A stretch of 64,000 bases of DNA from an uncultured Pirellulaceae bacterium (GTDB lineage: Bacteria; Planctomycetota; Planctomycetia; Pirellulales; Pirellulaceae), in NCBI GenBank assembly GCA_964641465.1, contig CAZXLW010000005.1, forward strand, positions 49,081-113,080, given 5' to 3'. The number at the start of each line of letters is the position of its first letter. Position 1 is the first letter of the stretch. This document shows, piece by piece, positions 26,690 to 36,427 of this stretch. The position numbers and the translations under genes are program-made. The notes below the pieces were generated by a model, which was given only the letters and a program-made list of their open reading frames with translations, did no database searches and was not told the origin of the DNA.

Positions 26690-29600
26690 TCAGTTCTGAG
26701 CCCCCTTTCCCTTCAGGAACTCCTTCGTCTTCTGCAACGTTTTCGCATCAGGTTCTTCGGCGCCGTTTGTGCGAAGAAACTCAATGTACGATTTGTGGCC
26801 TTCGGCAATCGCCAGAGACAAAGCTGTTTCACCCGAGTCGTGAGTTTTGAGATTCACGTCAAAGCCCTTGTCGAGGCAAAGCTGCGCCAGGGCCAATTGA
26901 TGCTCAACTGTCGGATCTTCGCCCAGAGGTCCGTAGTAAAAGTCCGAGATGAATTTGTGGGCAAGCAGATGCAGTGGGTAGAGGAAGTCGTGTTCGTAGA
27001 ATGCGTCGCGTTCTTTCAAGTAGTCAAGATTCAACTCGATAACTCGCCGGTAGTCTTCGAACATGCCTTTCCGATTGTGGCTGGTGATCGCATTGCGAAT
27101 GCAGTGAGCAGCCGCAAAGGTCGTGTGCCGCTCGCCGCAAATCTCCATACACAACTCGACGGTCCGCGCGTCGCCATGCCATGCCGATCCGTAAAGAAAC
27201 GCTTCGTGGACGTTGCCGCCCCAGTGGTCTCGAGTTTCAGCGGTCGGGTGATTTTTCAACAACCACTCAATCGTCTCGTAGTCTTTGGCGATTGCAATTG
27301 CATAGTGATTAGGATGACCGCCCAGCGAAAGCACTCGGTCGAACAATTTGATAATCTCAGGGGCGTCAGCGGCGATTGGTTTTATTTGAGCTTTCATATC
27401 TGCGTCGATATCTGAAAAGCCTTTCCAAACCATATTCTTTGGAGCGCCGGCTGCGAGTGCCGCGTTGTAGACACGCGTTTCGAATGGCACGTCACAGTTC
27501 GGGTGCGCGTGCACGTCGGCACCGGCGTCGAGCAACATGTTGATCATTTCGAAGTTGCCGTGACTCAACGCATTCATCAGCGGCATTCCTGTTTCTCTGA
27601 CTCCTTCCGGAAATGGAGGAGTCTTTTTGGCATCCGGATCGGCGCCAGCGTCCAGCAGCCGTCGCACCATTTCCAGGTTGTTCTGTCTCGTAGCCTGCCA
27701 GAGCGGGAACGAGTCGGTATCTCGATTCTCTGGATCGAAGTCTTTGCCAGCCAGCGACTGGTCCTTGGCCAGACATTCCTTTGCCGTTTCCCAATCGCCA
27801 CTTTGCATGGCATCCCAGAACTTCTTTTCAACTGCTGTTGTACTTCCCGAATTTTCTTTGCCGCTCGCGGTGATGTTTGTAGTACCGTCTTCAGGTGGAA
27901 CTGAATCTGACTTCCGGCTAAAGCCGGTACTACGAACTTGTGCTAAATCTTCAAAGAACGAGACTACTTTGTCTCGGCCTTTGGCCTTGGCAAGATCGCT
28001 GGCTGTGTTGCCTGCGTTATCGGCAACACTTGTGTCGGCTCCATGATCGACCAACAGTTTGACAACACTCGTATGGCTGTTGCGAATCGCTGCGGAGTGC
28101 AGTGAAGTTCGTCCTTCATCGTCAAGCTTATTGGGATCGGCTCCGTTTTTTAGTAACCACTTGACAGCCTCGATGGAGCCGCGATTGGAGCTGCCATGCA
28201 GCAACGTCCGCTTCTGAGCCGGGTAAATTGAGTTGATGTCAAAGCCGTTCTTTAAGATCACGTTTGCGACCTTTTCAAACGGTTCGCCACTGCGCTGATG
28301 AGGCTCAAAGGCAAATTCAACGGCTTGGTGAAGTTCGTTGATCTTGATCTGCCCGGCATCAATCAGTTTTTGCATGATGTCCGGGTTGCCACCGAACCAA
28401 GCGCACATCAGTGCCGGCGTCAGCGGGATTTCGTTTTCAACGACCAAATTCGTGGCGACGCCGCATTCGATCAGAAACTTACTCGTCGATTCCAGTTTTG
28501 ATTTGTAGTCGGCGTTGGTTCGCCCCAATCCTGAGGCTGTTGCATAGTGCAACAAGTTGAATCCATTTTCATCGCGAAGTTCGCTGATTACTTTCTCGCC
28601 GTCATCGCCTTTGGATTCAGCGAAGGTTTTTAAGTACTGAACATCGCCGACAGAAGCTCGAACAAAAGGATCTTCCGGTAAGCCAACACCATTTGCGACG
28701 TACTCAATCAATTCAATGTTGCCGTACATCGCTGCGGTACAGATCGCCGGTTGTTTCATCCAGTCAACTCGTGCCAACGGGTCGAGTCCCTTGTCGATGC
28801 AGAATTGAAGAATCTGCTGGTGCCCGTCGTTGTGCTTTACCGTTCGGAAATCGGTAACAGCTCGCTCGAATACTGCGCCCAAGTCGAATCTCTCATCGCT
28901 TTGCCAAAGTTCATGCAGTTTTTCGAAGTCGCCTTTCTTGGCAAGATCTTTGAAACGCGGAGACGCGGAGGGCGCAGAGGTAGATTCGGAGTGTTGCTCT
29001 CTTTGATCTCCCTCTCCGTGATCTCCGTGCCTCTGTGTTTTGGATTTATTCACGTCATCAGTTGAGCCCTTTGTGCCGTCAGACATGGCGTTGTCCAGCA
29101 AGTCGACAATCGCTTTATCGCGCATGTGCCAACTGGCCCAACTCAGCGGACTGTCTCCATTGGCATCTCGAATGTTTGGATCGGCTCCCGCGTCCAGCAG
29201 TAACTTGATGATCTCGGGAGTGCCATACGCAGCAGCGCGATGGAGCGGCGTTTCTCCTCGAACTCGCGCGTCACGCCACAGCATGTAGGTCTTTTTTCCG
29301 GGCAACGTTTGACGGTTCGGATCGGCGCCGGCGTCGAGTAGAGACTTGACTTGTTCGAAGTTGTCACCGCAAACTGAGTGGTGCAGTGCAGTTTCTCCGT
29401 TGTGATGGCTGGAGACATTGGCGTCAGCCCCCGCATCAAGCATCGCTTTGAGACACTCCGTGTTAAACCCAGCGATGCCGACCAGCACCGGCAAGATATT
29501 TTCGTTTCGCTGCAAGTCAGGATTCGCACCTTTCGAAAGCAAATACTTGGTGATCTCCGGATGAAAATTCAGCAATGTGCCTGAACCGTTTTCGTCATAA

Positions 29601-32600
29601 GCGTTTGGATCGGCTCCAGCTTCGATCAGCTCTTTGACTTTTTTGAGATCGCCAGCAAAAGCGGCACCCCAAAGCTCTGGGTTGCGACGAGGATTGCCTT
29701 CGAAATCCAACAACTCGATCACTTCCTGCGATGCTAGATTTCGAATCGCCAAGCAACAGGGCGTATCGCCAACTTCATTGCGTAACGTCTTGTCGGCTCC
29801 AGCATCGAGTAGCCGCTGAATCGAAACGATGTCACCGGACGTGGCTGCCTGATGCAACGTTTTAGGCGAGTTGGATTTAACCTGAAAAGGTTCCATTTCA
29901 AATCCATCCAGCGTGTCGAGGTCAAAGGCTTCATGACTGCCTCGACCGAAGTCAATTTGAACCACGTTCATAGTTTCGCTGCAGTGGTATTCTCCGTCAA
30001 TGTAATATTGGAATTTGGTACTTGTTGGGAACCAGATGCCGTCGATAACCGAAAGTTCGTTTTCAATTCGCAAGTCATAGGTTTTGTTTTTGACTTTGGA
30101 AACTCGTCGCAGCAGAACTGGTTGATAACCTTGCTTTTTTGCCAAACCAATTTCGTAGTTCCATTTCATGCCGTCCACATCAGCTTCAAACTTCACGACC
30201 CTTTGGAGGCCGTCTGCAGAATCTTCGAAACTAAAATCCCGGGCACCTTCTGGAAGCAGGTTTTCTTCCAACGAGCGCGAGTTGACCGATTCAACAAACC
30301 ACGGAATCAACCCAAACTTTCGGTAGTCGGGGTCAATCTTGGGTTCCGGTTTGCCACCCCAACGCTGTAGTGGCTGGTCATCAAAGAGTCGAACCCCATA
30401 TTCCGGCGTGTATATCTCGACCAATTGTTGGTTGAAGGACGCGTTTTCCGACAGCTGGTTGAAACGAAAACGATTGCCATCGTGATACAACTGGTAATGC
30501 CGTGGACTGGTTTCAGATCGATCGTGAAACAAAGGGTCGATGATGAATTTCAAACGAGCTTGCACGATTGAGTTGCGTGTTTTGATAATAGTGTCGACGA
30601 GATTCTTGTAGCTTTCGGCGTCCGCAACCTCGTCAGGCTCAGTGTTTGGCTGGTTAACATCGAAGCCAAGTGACTCTTTGAGCAGTGCGACGATTTCTTC
30701 GTGGCCTCCTTTTTGAGCAAGTTCCATTGGCCGATGAGCCTGAAACTCGGCAGGCAAATTCGGGTCGGCGCCGTGCTTTAGCAGCTCGCGAACCAATTCA
30801 ATATCACCACGATCGGCTGCGCTGGACAAAGCTGTCCGTTGCCGCTCGATGTTTACGGCATTGACGTCGCCACCGGCATCGACGAACGCAGAAACAAAGG
30901 CCACATCTTTATTCCAGTGCAGTTTTGTCGCACCCATCCATTTCACCGAAGTGTCGACAGGTTTTACTTCCGCACCATGTTCAGTGAGTAACTCAAGCAA
31001 TCGACCTTCGAATCCGCGTGCATTGCGTTCAGCGATTCGCGACTTGGCTTCGTCACCAAATCGTTTCAGGTACGCTTCCAGTAAGTCTGCATCTCGATAG
31101 AGCAGGATGACCTCCAGCAAATGCCTGACTTGCCAATCGGAAACGGTATCACGAGCCAGGACTTCGCGGACCGCTGCGGCGGCGACTTCATGTTCAGGCT
31201 TGTCGTTACGTTGCGGAATAACGATATGTTCTTTGCCACTGTGTTCGTTGAGCAGCTCAATCATCCGCTTGCGATCGGCTTTATCTTTAATCCACAAGTT
31301 TGCAGCAAACAATGTGTCGCCAGAACTGTCCGAGAACTGCATCGGCTCAGCACCGTTCTTAAGCAACAACTCGGCACTTTCATATTCGTTGCGGCTGACG
31401 GCGGTATAAAGTGCGCATCCGAATGGAGCGGTGTGCTCCGTCATGTTCGGGTCGGCCTTGTGCTCAAGCAGCAACTGCAGCATCTCAAGGTTCCCAACGG
31501 CGGCATTCAAAGGGCTGCCCAGATGGCCAGGCATATGGTGGACCAGAGATTTGTCTTTAGCCAGCATCTTTTTGACTTGTTCCAGATCACCACTGCCGAT
31601 CGCTGTATGGAAATCGACTTCGGCGCCCAGCTCCAGCAGCCTGTCTCGAGCCGCTATAACGTGCGACCAATCATCCAGTCCGCGGACCAACTCCTTTTTG
31701 CGGTTGGTCCACATCTTCACCTGATGCGGCATGGCATGCGCGCCGTTGCGGCGACTGGGATCAGCACCTCGTTCAACCAGCAAATCAATCATCGGGATTT
31801 GCCGTGAGAATGCTGCCCAATGCAGCGCCGTGTTGCCGTCTTCGTCGGCAATGTTTACTCGCTCAGCATCTTCGTCGAGTAGTTGCTTCATCGCTTCGAC
31901 GTCTTGATCGCACAACGCCTGAACCATCAGCTGTATATCGGGATGGTAGTTGAATTTGTTTTCGATCCGCTGCAGCATCAAGTCATGGATCTCATCGTGC
32001 CCCATTTCTTTGGCGATACTCAACATCCGTTCCCAACCGTACCAGCCCCACTTTTCCGTGAGCTCCGTGTCGGCCGTCAGCAGAATCTTGACGCATTGTG
32101 TGTGGCCGCCGTAGATCGCCAGATCAAGCGGACAGTGATATCGGAACGCAAGGTCCTTTAGCCGAGAATCCTTTTCGATCAGCTTTTTGACGACTTCCGC
32201 TTTTCCATCGGCTGCCGCGCACCACAGTTCCCAACCATCGTCGTAATCAATTTCACGCGAAGCCAAACCAAAAGGAGCTTGCCAGGGATGCAGATCATTG
32301 ATGTCCGCATCTCCGTAGCCAAAGGAAAGGTCAGGGCGTTGCATGCGAGTGAAGTTGTCGGAGTAACGAGGCATTGCTTTACTTTCGTATTTGTTTTCTA
32401 AGTCAGAAAAGAGGCTGGAGGCGAGCAGGCATGTTCCCGCAACAAGGACGGGCAATGTGATTAGTACCAGTGGAATACGAGCCCGAAGCGTCAGCGAGTG
32501 GTTTATTAGAGGGCCTGTTCCCAAAAACCACTTACTTGCGTTTCGGGCTTGCATTGGTGGGTCAGCTGCACGACTCTCAACAATCCTTTGGACTCGTATC

Positions 32601-33610
32601 AGCAGCGAACCGTCCGTAGCCGCAAGCGCCGGGCTTGTCCTGGCTGATGCACCACTGCGACATTGCTCCAGTTGCAACAGCGCACGTGCGTAAGTGATCT
32701 GGTCGCTGCTCTGACGTACAACTTCTTCATCAGCGGCAAACTCGCGCTCGGTGCGAATCTGTTTTGACAACCACCAAACGCATGGATGATAAAACAGTAA
32801 CGACTCGATGCCCGTTTGCATCACATTGACGAGATAGTCATGTCGTTTGATGTGTATCAGTTCGTGCAGCAGTATCAACTCAAATTCACGAGCACTCAAG
32901 CCACTCACCATCGCAGGCGGAAGCAGAATAATCGGCTTCAGCCAGCCTATTAGTGTTGGCACGTCAACGAGTTTTGATTGCTTGAGCTGGATTCGCGTAG
33001 ACAACCCCATTCGTTGGATCAGTTTCTCGAACGGTGCCAAGACTTCGATCGGTGGTTGGCTGGTATCGGTAAGGCTTAACTGACGGGCTTTGCTCCATTG
33101 CATCATCGAATGGCCAAGCATAACCAATGCTCCGAGCAACCAAAGCCACGCCAGACCTGTCAGCCAATAGTTTGCCTGAACCGAGGTGACGGCGACGTCC
33201 GCAATTTTCGCATGTTGCGGCGGAAAACCTGGCTCGATTCGCTCGAGGTTGATTGGAGTGGCGCGGTTGGTTTCAACAGCTCCATCAAACTGGACGCCGG
33301 GTCCCCATTCTCGGGCCTGTAAATCAGCGGTGCGATTTACTAATTGCAGCTGCCGAGGTCGTTCCGACAAAGCCGCAGGTGAATCGGAGATCGAAAATGT
33401 TGCTATTGGTGCCAACAACATCAACAACAGCCCGCAACATTGGATTACATATCGAGAATTTGCTGAGCGAAGCAACTTCAACGCTTGCCCGATTCTCAGG
33501 AGCAAAGTAACTGCGATCGCAATCAGAGCGATTTGCCAAAGCGAATGCAGCAACGCAATCCCGATCCGTTGCAGAACAGGATTGCCGAACAAATCAGCGA
33601 TACCGTTCAT
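26690..33610 (-). CDS. BlaR1/MecR1-type M56 zinc-metalloprotease signal transducer fused to a giant ankyrin-repeat region
   Basis: 2306 aa. The N-terminal ~400 aa form a TM bundle ('LLHSLWQIALIAIAV...') with the HEXXH motif 'HELIH' encoded at 32866..32852 and the M56-typical 'LLFYHPCVWWL'. The last TM is 'IPLVLITLPVLVAGTCLLASSLF' at about aa 380-400. About 1900 aa follow, in which I count roughly 20 ankyrin loop signatures (e.g. 'DAGADPNIRD', 'KHGADPNLPA', 'KNGADPNKLD', 'TALHWAA', 'TPLHRAAAYG'). A ~300-aa non-ankyrin insert and two Ser/Thr/Gly-rich linkers interrupt the repeats. The ATG overlaps the blaI stop by 1 nt. Confidence 0.9.
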   Translation of the reverse strand: MNGIADLFGNPVLQRIGIALLHSLWQIALIAIAVTLLLRIGQALKLLRSANSRYVIQCCGLLLMLLAPIATFSISDSPAALSERPRQLQLVNRTADLQAREWGPGVQFDGAVETNRATPINLERIEPGFPPQHAKIADVAVTSVQANYWLTGLAWLWLLGALVMLGHSMMQWSKARQLSLTDTSQPPIEVLAPFEKLIQRMGLSTRIQLKQSKLVDVPTLIGWLKPIILLPPAMVSGLSAREFELILLHELIHIKRHDYLVNVMQTGIESLLFYHPCVWWLSKQIRTEREFAADEEVVRQSSDQITYARALLQLEQCRSGASARTSPALAATDGSLLIRVQRIVESRAADPPMQARNASKWFLGTGPLINHSLTLRARIPLVLITLPVLVAGTCLLASSLFSDLENKYESKAMPRYSDNFTRMQRPDLSFGYGDADINDLHPWQAPFGLASREIDYDDGWELWCAAADGKAEVVKKLIEKDSRLKDLAFRYHCPLDLAIYGGHTQCVKILLTADTELTEKWGWYGWERMLSIAKEMGHDEIHDLMLQRIENKFNYHPDIQLMVQALCDQDVEAMKQLLDEDAERVNIADEDGNTALHWAAFSRQIPMIDLLVERGADPSRRNGAHAMPHQVKMWTNRKKELVRGLDDWSHVIAARDRLLELGAEVDFHTAIGSGDLEQVKKMLAKDKSLVHHMPGHLGSPLNAAVGNLEMLQLLLEHKADPNMTEHTAPFGCALYTAVSRNEYESAELLLKNGAEPMQFSDSSGDTLFAANLWIKDKADRKRMIELLNEHSGKEHIVIPQRNDKPEHEVAAAAVREVLARDTVSDWQVRHLLEVILLYRDADLLEAYLKRFGDEAKSRIAERNARGFEGRLLELLTEHGAEVKPVDTSVKWMGATKLHWNKDVAFVSAFVDAGGDVNAVNIERQRTALSSAADRGDIELVRELLKHGADPNLPAEFQAHRPMELAQKGGHEEIVALLKESLGFDVNQPNTEPDEVADAESYKNLVDTIIKTRNSIVQARLKFIIDPLFHDRSETSPRHYQLYHDGNRFRFNQLSENASFNQQLVEIYTPEYGVRLFDDQPLQRWGGKPEPKIDPDYRKFGLIPWFVESVNSRSLEENLLPEGARDFSFEDSADGLQRVVKFEADVDGMKWNYEIGLAKKQGYQPVLLRRVSKVKNKTYDLRIENELSVIDGIWFPTSTKFQYYIDGEYHCSETMNVVQIDFGRGSHEAFDLDTLDGFEMEPFQVKSNSPKTLHQAATSGDIVSIQRLLDAGADKTLRNEVGDTPCCLAIRNLASQEVIELLDFEGNPRRNPELWGAAFAGDLKKVKELIEAGADPNAYDENGSGTLLNFHPEITKYLLSKGANPDLQRNENILPVLVGIAGFNTECLKAMLDAGADANVSSHHNGETALHHSVCGDNFEQVKSLLDAGADPNRQTLPGKKTYMLWRDARVRGETPLHRAAAYGTPEIIKLLLDAGADPNIRDANGDSPLSWASWHMRDKAIVDLLDNAMSDGTKGSTDDVNKSKTQRHGDHGEGDQREQHSESTSAPSASPRFKDLAKKGDFEKLHELWQSDERFDLGAVFERAVTDFRTVKHNDGHQQILQFCIDKGLDPLARVDWMKQPAICTAAMYGNIELIEYVANGVGLPEDPFVRASVGDVQYLKTFAESKGDDGEKVISELRDENGFNLLHYATASGLGRTNADYKSKLESTSKFLIECGVATNLVVENEIPLTPALMCAWFGGNPDIMQKLIDAGQIKINELHQAVEFAFEPHQRSGEPFEKVANVILKNGFDINSIYPAQKRTLLHGSSNRGSIEAVKWLLKNGADPNKLDDEGRTSLHSAAIRNSHTSVVKLLVDHGADTSVADNAGNTASDLAKAKGRDKVVSFFEDLAQVRSTGFSRKSDSVPPEDGTTNITASGKENSGSTTAVEKKFWDAMQSGDWETAKECLAKDQSLAGKDFDPENRDTDSFPLWQATRQNNLEMVRRLLDAGADPDAKKTPPFPEGVRETGMPLMNALSHGNFEMINMLLDAGADVHAHPNCDVPFETRVYNAALAAGAPKNMVWKGFSDIDADMKAQIKPIAADAPEIIKLFDRVLSLGGHPNHYAIAIAKDYETIEWLLKNHPTAETRDHWGGNVHEAFLYGSAWHGDARTVELCMEICGERHTTFAAAHCIRNAITSHNRKGMFEDYRRVIELNLDYLKERDAFYEHDFLYPLHLLAHKFISDFYYGPLGEDPTVEHQLALAQLCLDKGFDVNLKTHDSGETALSLAIAEGHKSYIEFLRTNGAEEPDAKTLQKTKEFLKGKGAQN

Positions 33611-33999
33611 CAGCCATCTCCCTGTTGAAGTTGGTCAAGCAACTCGCGAATCTCGTCCAGTTCTTCCTGTGATGCTTTCTTGGAGGAAAGCGCCTGGATG
33701 ACCATACGGCCAGGGGAGCCTCCGTAAACACGATCCATCAAGTCACGCATCATTCCCTTCTGCGTCGTCTCCTGTTTCTTGACGGTGCGATAAATGTGCG
33801 GCCGTGCCGATTCGTCTCGTTTGACAAGTTCTTTGTCCAACATCACCGACAACATTTTGACGGTCGTCGAGTAATTAGTTTCCTTGTTCCTTGAGATCGC
33901 TTCGTGGATAACACGCACCGGCGACGGGCCAAATTCCCAGAGCACTCGCAGTATTTGCAATTCCGCAGCAGTTGGTTGCGATGAACTTTCCCAAGGCAT
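33610..33999 (-). CDS. BlaI/MecI/CopY-family winged-helix transcriptional repressor
   Basis: The track ORF begins at GTG 34068. The ATG at 33999 gives 'MPWESSSQPTAAELQILRVLWEFGPSPVRVIHEAISRNKETNYSTTVKMLSVMLDKELVKRDESARPHIY', the canonical Penicillinase_R fold pattern. The stop overlaps the blaR1-like start (TGATG). Confidence 0.85.
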   Translation of the reverse strand: MPWESSSQPTAAELQILRVLWEFGPSPVRVIHEAISRNKETNYSTTVKMLSVMLDKELVKRDESARPHIYRTVKKQETTQKGMMRDLMDRVYGGSPGRMVIQALSSKKASQEELDEIRELLDQLQQGDG

Positions 34000-34098
34000 A
34001 ATTGACTCTTTTCTGTGTTGAAGTCGGGTAAGCCTGTGAAGCCAGGTTGGCAATGCGAACGCTTGCACCGAAAGCCGACTTGCTGTTTCCGGTCAGTT

Positions 34099-34116
34099 TA
34101 GCGAAGTTCTTCGCTA
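34099..34116. promoter_or_regulatory. Perfect 18-bp palindrome TAGCGAAG-TT-CTTCGCTA upstream of blaI (candidate operator)
   Basis: Read directly. It lies 100 nt upstream of the ATG at 33999. A degenerate second copy (AGCGAA-AGAC-TTCGCT, 34130..34145) is nested in an AAGCCA/TGGCTT inverted repeat (34121..34154). Operator function is inferred only. Confidence 0.3.
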
Positions 34117-34282
34117 GTGCAAGCCAAAAAGCGAAAGACTTCGCTAACTGGCTTAACGAGGGGTTTTTTAGAGTTGGCCACAGATGGGCACGGATAAACA
34201 CGGATCAAAAACTGTTTCGTGTTTTTGCTTGAATTCGCCAACGATGAAGGTCTTCGGAACGCGTTTTAACTGAATCACGTAT

Positions 34283-34579
34283 TTAGCCTTCGTAGATGAC
34301 GTAGTCAATTTCTTGCCAGGACTCGACTTCCGGGATCCAGATATCATTGACGAAAGCAACGTGTTCAGGATGTTCGTTGTAGAACTGGTAGGTGTCTTCA
34401 TCGTCGAATTCCATTGACAATCCAAAACGATGCTCGCATTTTGAGCTAACATGTCGCAAGATTTCGAATTTTTTGACAGTCGCGATTTGATCAAGCTTCT
34501 GGGCAGCTTCGAGCAATCGCTTTTCCGCTTCCGTTCCGGCCTCATGCTTGGGAGTGAACATCACAGTGTGTCGGATCAT
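34283..34579 (-). CDS. Dabb-family stress-responsive alpha/beta-barrel protein
   Basis: The track ORF extends to 34672. The ATG at 34579 gives 'MIRHTVMFTPKHEAG...FEILRHVSSKCEHRFGLSMEFDDEDTYQFYNEHPEHVAFV', which is the Dabb domain pattern at ~98 aa. Confidence 0.75.
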   Translation of the reverse strand: MIRHTVMFTPKHEAGTEAEKRLLEAAQKLDQIATVKKFEILRHVSSKCEHRFGLSMEFDDEDTYQFYNEHPEHVAFVNDIWIPEVESWQEIDYVIYEG

Positions 34580-34882
34580 CAGTTTTCTGGTGGCTTGTTG
34601 GGTGCGAGTCGAATAAACGTTGGCATTGCCAAGCTGGGCACCGAGTTTGCCATCGTTTATGCCACGAATCAACAGCTTCGGCTCCCTTTTTAAATAAAAC
34701 CCATCGGCGGGCGGTTTGGATATAACGTCGAGTTTTCAAGCCCTTAAGAGTACTGGACCGCACAATCGGAACCTGGTTTCAGGATCATTCCTTGGAATGG
34801 CATTTTTGATTTCGTAGTAGGTACAATAGGTTTCGATTGTTATTTTAAATGTGTTCTTACTAAATTCTTCTCAGAGCTACAG

Positions 34883-36295
34883 ATGTCAGCCAAGCCAACG
34901 ATCTGGAACTTTGGGAAGAACGTTCGGATTGAACCAGAGCATATTTATCAGCCAGGTTCCGTAGATGAACTGCTGGTAATTCTTGGACGTCATCGCAACG
35001 AAAAAATCCGTGCGGTGGGTTCGCTGCATGCCTGGAGCGATGCGGCCAAAACAACAGAAGTTGTTGTTAGAACCGATCATTTAAATTCGATCGAAATCGA
35101 CACGGCGTCACAGTTGGTAAAGGTTGGAGGCGGCTGCAAGGTCAAACGTCTGTTGCAGGAACTTGCCAAACACGGTTTTACTTTGCCTTCGGTCGGTTTG
35201 ATCGACGAGCAAACGGTAGCCGGTGCTGTTTCGACGGCGACACATGGTTCCGGCAAGAGAAGCTTGTCGCACTATATTCAAGCCGTGGAAATCGCACACT
35301 TTGACAATGACACCGGCGAAGCAAAGCTGTCACGCATTGACTCCGGCATCGAACTTGAGGCCGCGCGGTGTTCGATTGGTTTGCTGGGAATCATGGTATC
35401 AATCACGTTTCGTTGCGTTCCGAAGTACAACATCGAAGAACACGCGGCTGCGCATGCGAATCTGGAATCCGTTTTGGCTATGGAGTCCAGTCATCCGCAG
35501 CAACAGTTTTACTTGATGCCCTGGTCGTGGACTTTCTTTGGTCATCATCGAGTTGAATGCAAAAAGGTTCGAAGTTCATTGGCTACGATCTACCGCTGGT
35601 ACTGTTTTCTGGTGGTTGACGTCGGGTTGCATGTCGCCATGTTCATGCTTGCGAAAATCCTCAAACAAGCATGGGCAATTCGCTTGTTCTTCAAACGCGT
35701 GTTGCCGTTGACGATTATCCGCTATTGGAAAGTCGTCGATGATTCGCACGCGATGCTTACGATGGAACACGAGTTGTTTCGACACATCGAAATTGAGTTG
35801 TTTGTTCAGAGAGCAAAATTGAAATACGCGACCAGCTTTGTGACCGATGTGCTGGCTTGGTGTGGCGGAACTGTATTACAAAACCAAGGCGATACTCTCG
35901 ATCAAATCAATCAGATTGGTTGTCAGGATGCGTTTGACAAATTGAAGGGGTGTTACGTGCACCACTATCCGATCTGTTACCGCCGGGTGCAATGCGATGA
36001 TGCACTGCTTGCGATGTCGACGGCGAGCGACGAATCTACCGAAGACTGGTACGCGATCAGTTTTATTAGCTACCAATGGCCGAACGATCGGGATGGCTTT
36101 TTCCAGTTTGCGAACTTCATCGCGCCCGCGATGGCCGAGTTGTTTGGAGGTCGTTGCCATTGGGGCAAATACAACCCTTTGAGTCAGTCGACCAATGACC
36201 AACTTTACCCGCGAATCGAAGAGTTCCGAGGCGTGGTCAAGCGATTCGATGAGCGCGGAGCATTCAGAAACCGATGGCTTGATCGCGTTCTGTAG
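34883..36295 (+). CDS. FAD-linked oxidase of the D-arabinono-1,4-lactone / L-gulonolactone oxidase family
   Basis: 470 aa with an N-terminal FAD_binding_4 pattern ('PGSVDELLVILGRHRNEKIRAVGSLHAWSD', 'VSTATHGSG') and a C-terminal ALO-like 'GGRCHWGK'. It contains a markedly hydrophobic internal stretch 'YRWYCFLVVDVGLHVAMFMLAKIL'. Confidence 0.8.
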   Translation: MSAKPTIWNFGKNVRIEPEHIYQPGSVDELLVILGRHRNEKIRAVGSLHAWSDAAKTTEVVVRTDHLNSIEIDTASQLVKVGGGCKVKRLLQELAKHGFTLPSVGLIDEQTVAGAVSTATHGSGKRSLSHYIQAVEIAHFDNDTGEAKLSRIDSGIELEAARCSIGLLGIMVSITFRCVPKYNIEEHAAAHANLESVLAMESSHPQQQFYLMPWSWTFFGHHRVECKKVRSSLATIYRWYCFLVVDVGLHVAMFMLAKILKQAWAIRLFFKRVLPLTIIRYWKVVDDSHAMLTMEHELFRHIEIELFVQRAKLKYATSFVTDVLAWCGGTVLQNQGDTLDQINQIGCQDAFDKLKGCYVHHYPICYRRVQCDDALLAMSTASDESTEDWYAISFISYQWPNDRDGFFQFANFIAPAMAELFGGRCHWGKYNPLSQSTNDQLYPRIEEFRGVVKRFDERGAFRNRWLDRVL

Positions 36296-36427
36296 AATGG
36301 TTCGTTCATCTTCTGGGACTGAGAGGACGTCAAAAAGAGGCTGATCGACCTTTGGACGGTGTCAAAATTTCGAAATGCCGTGTACGTTGGATCTGAATAA
36401 CTTGCCCCGAACATTGGCCGAATTGAC

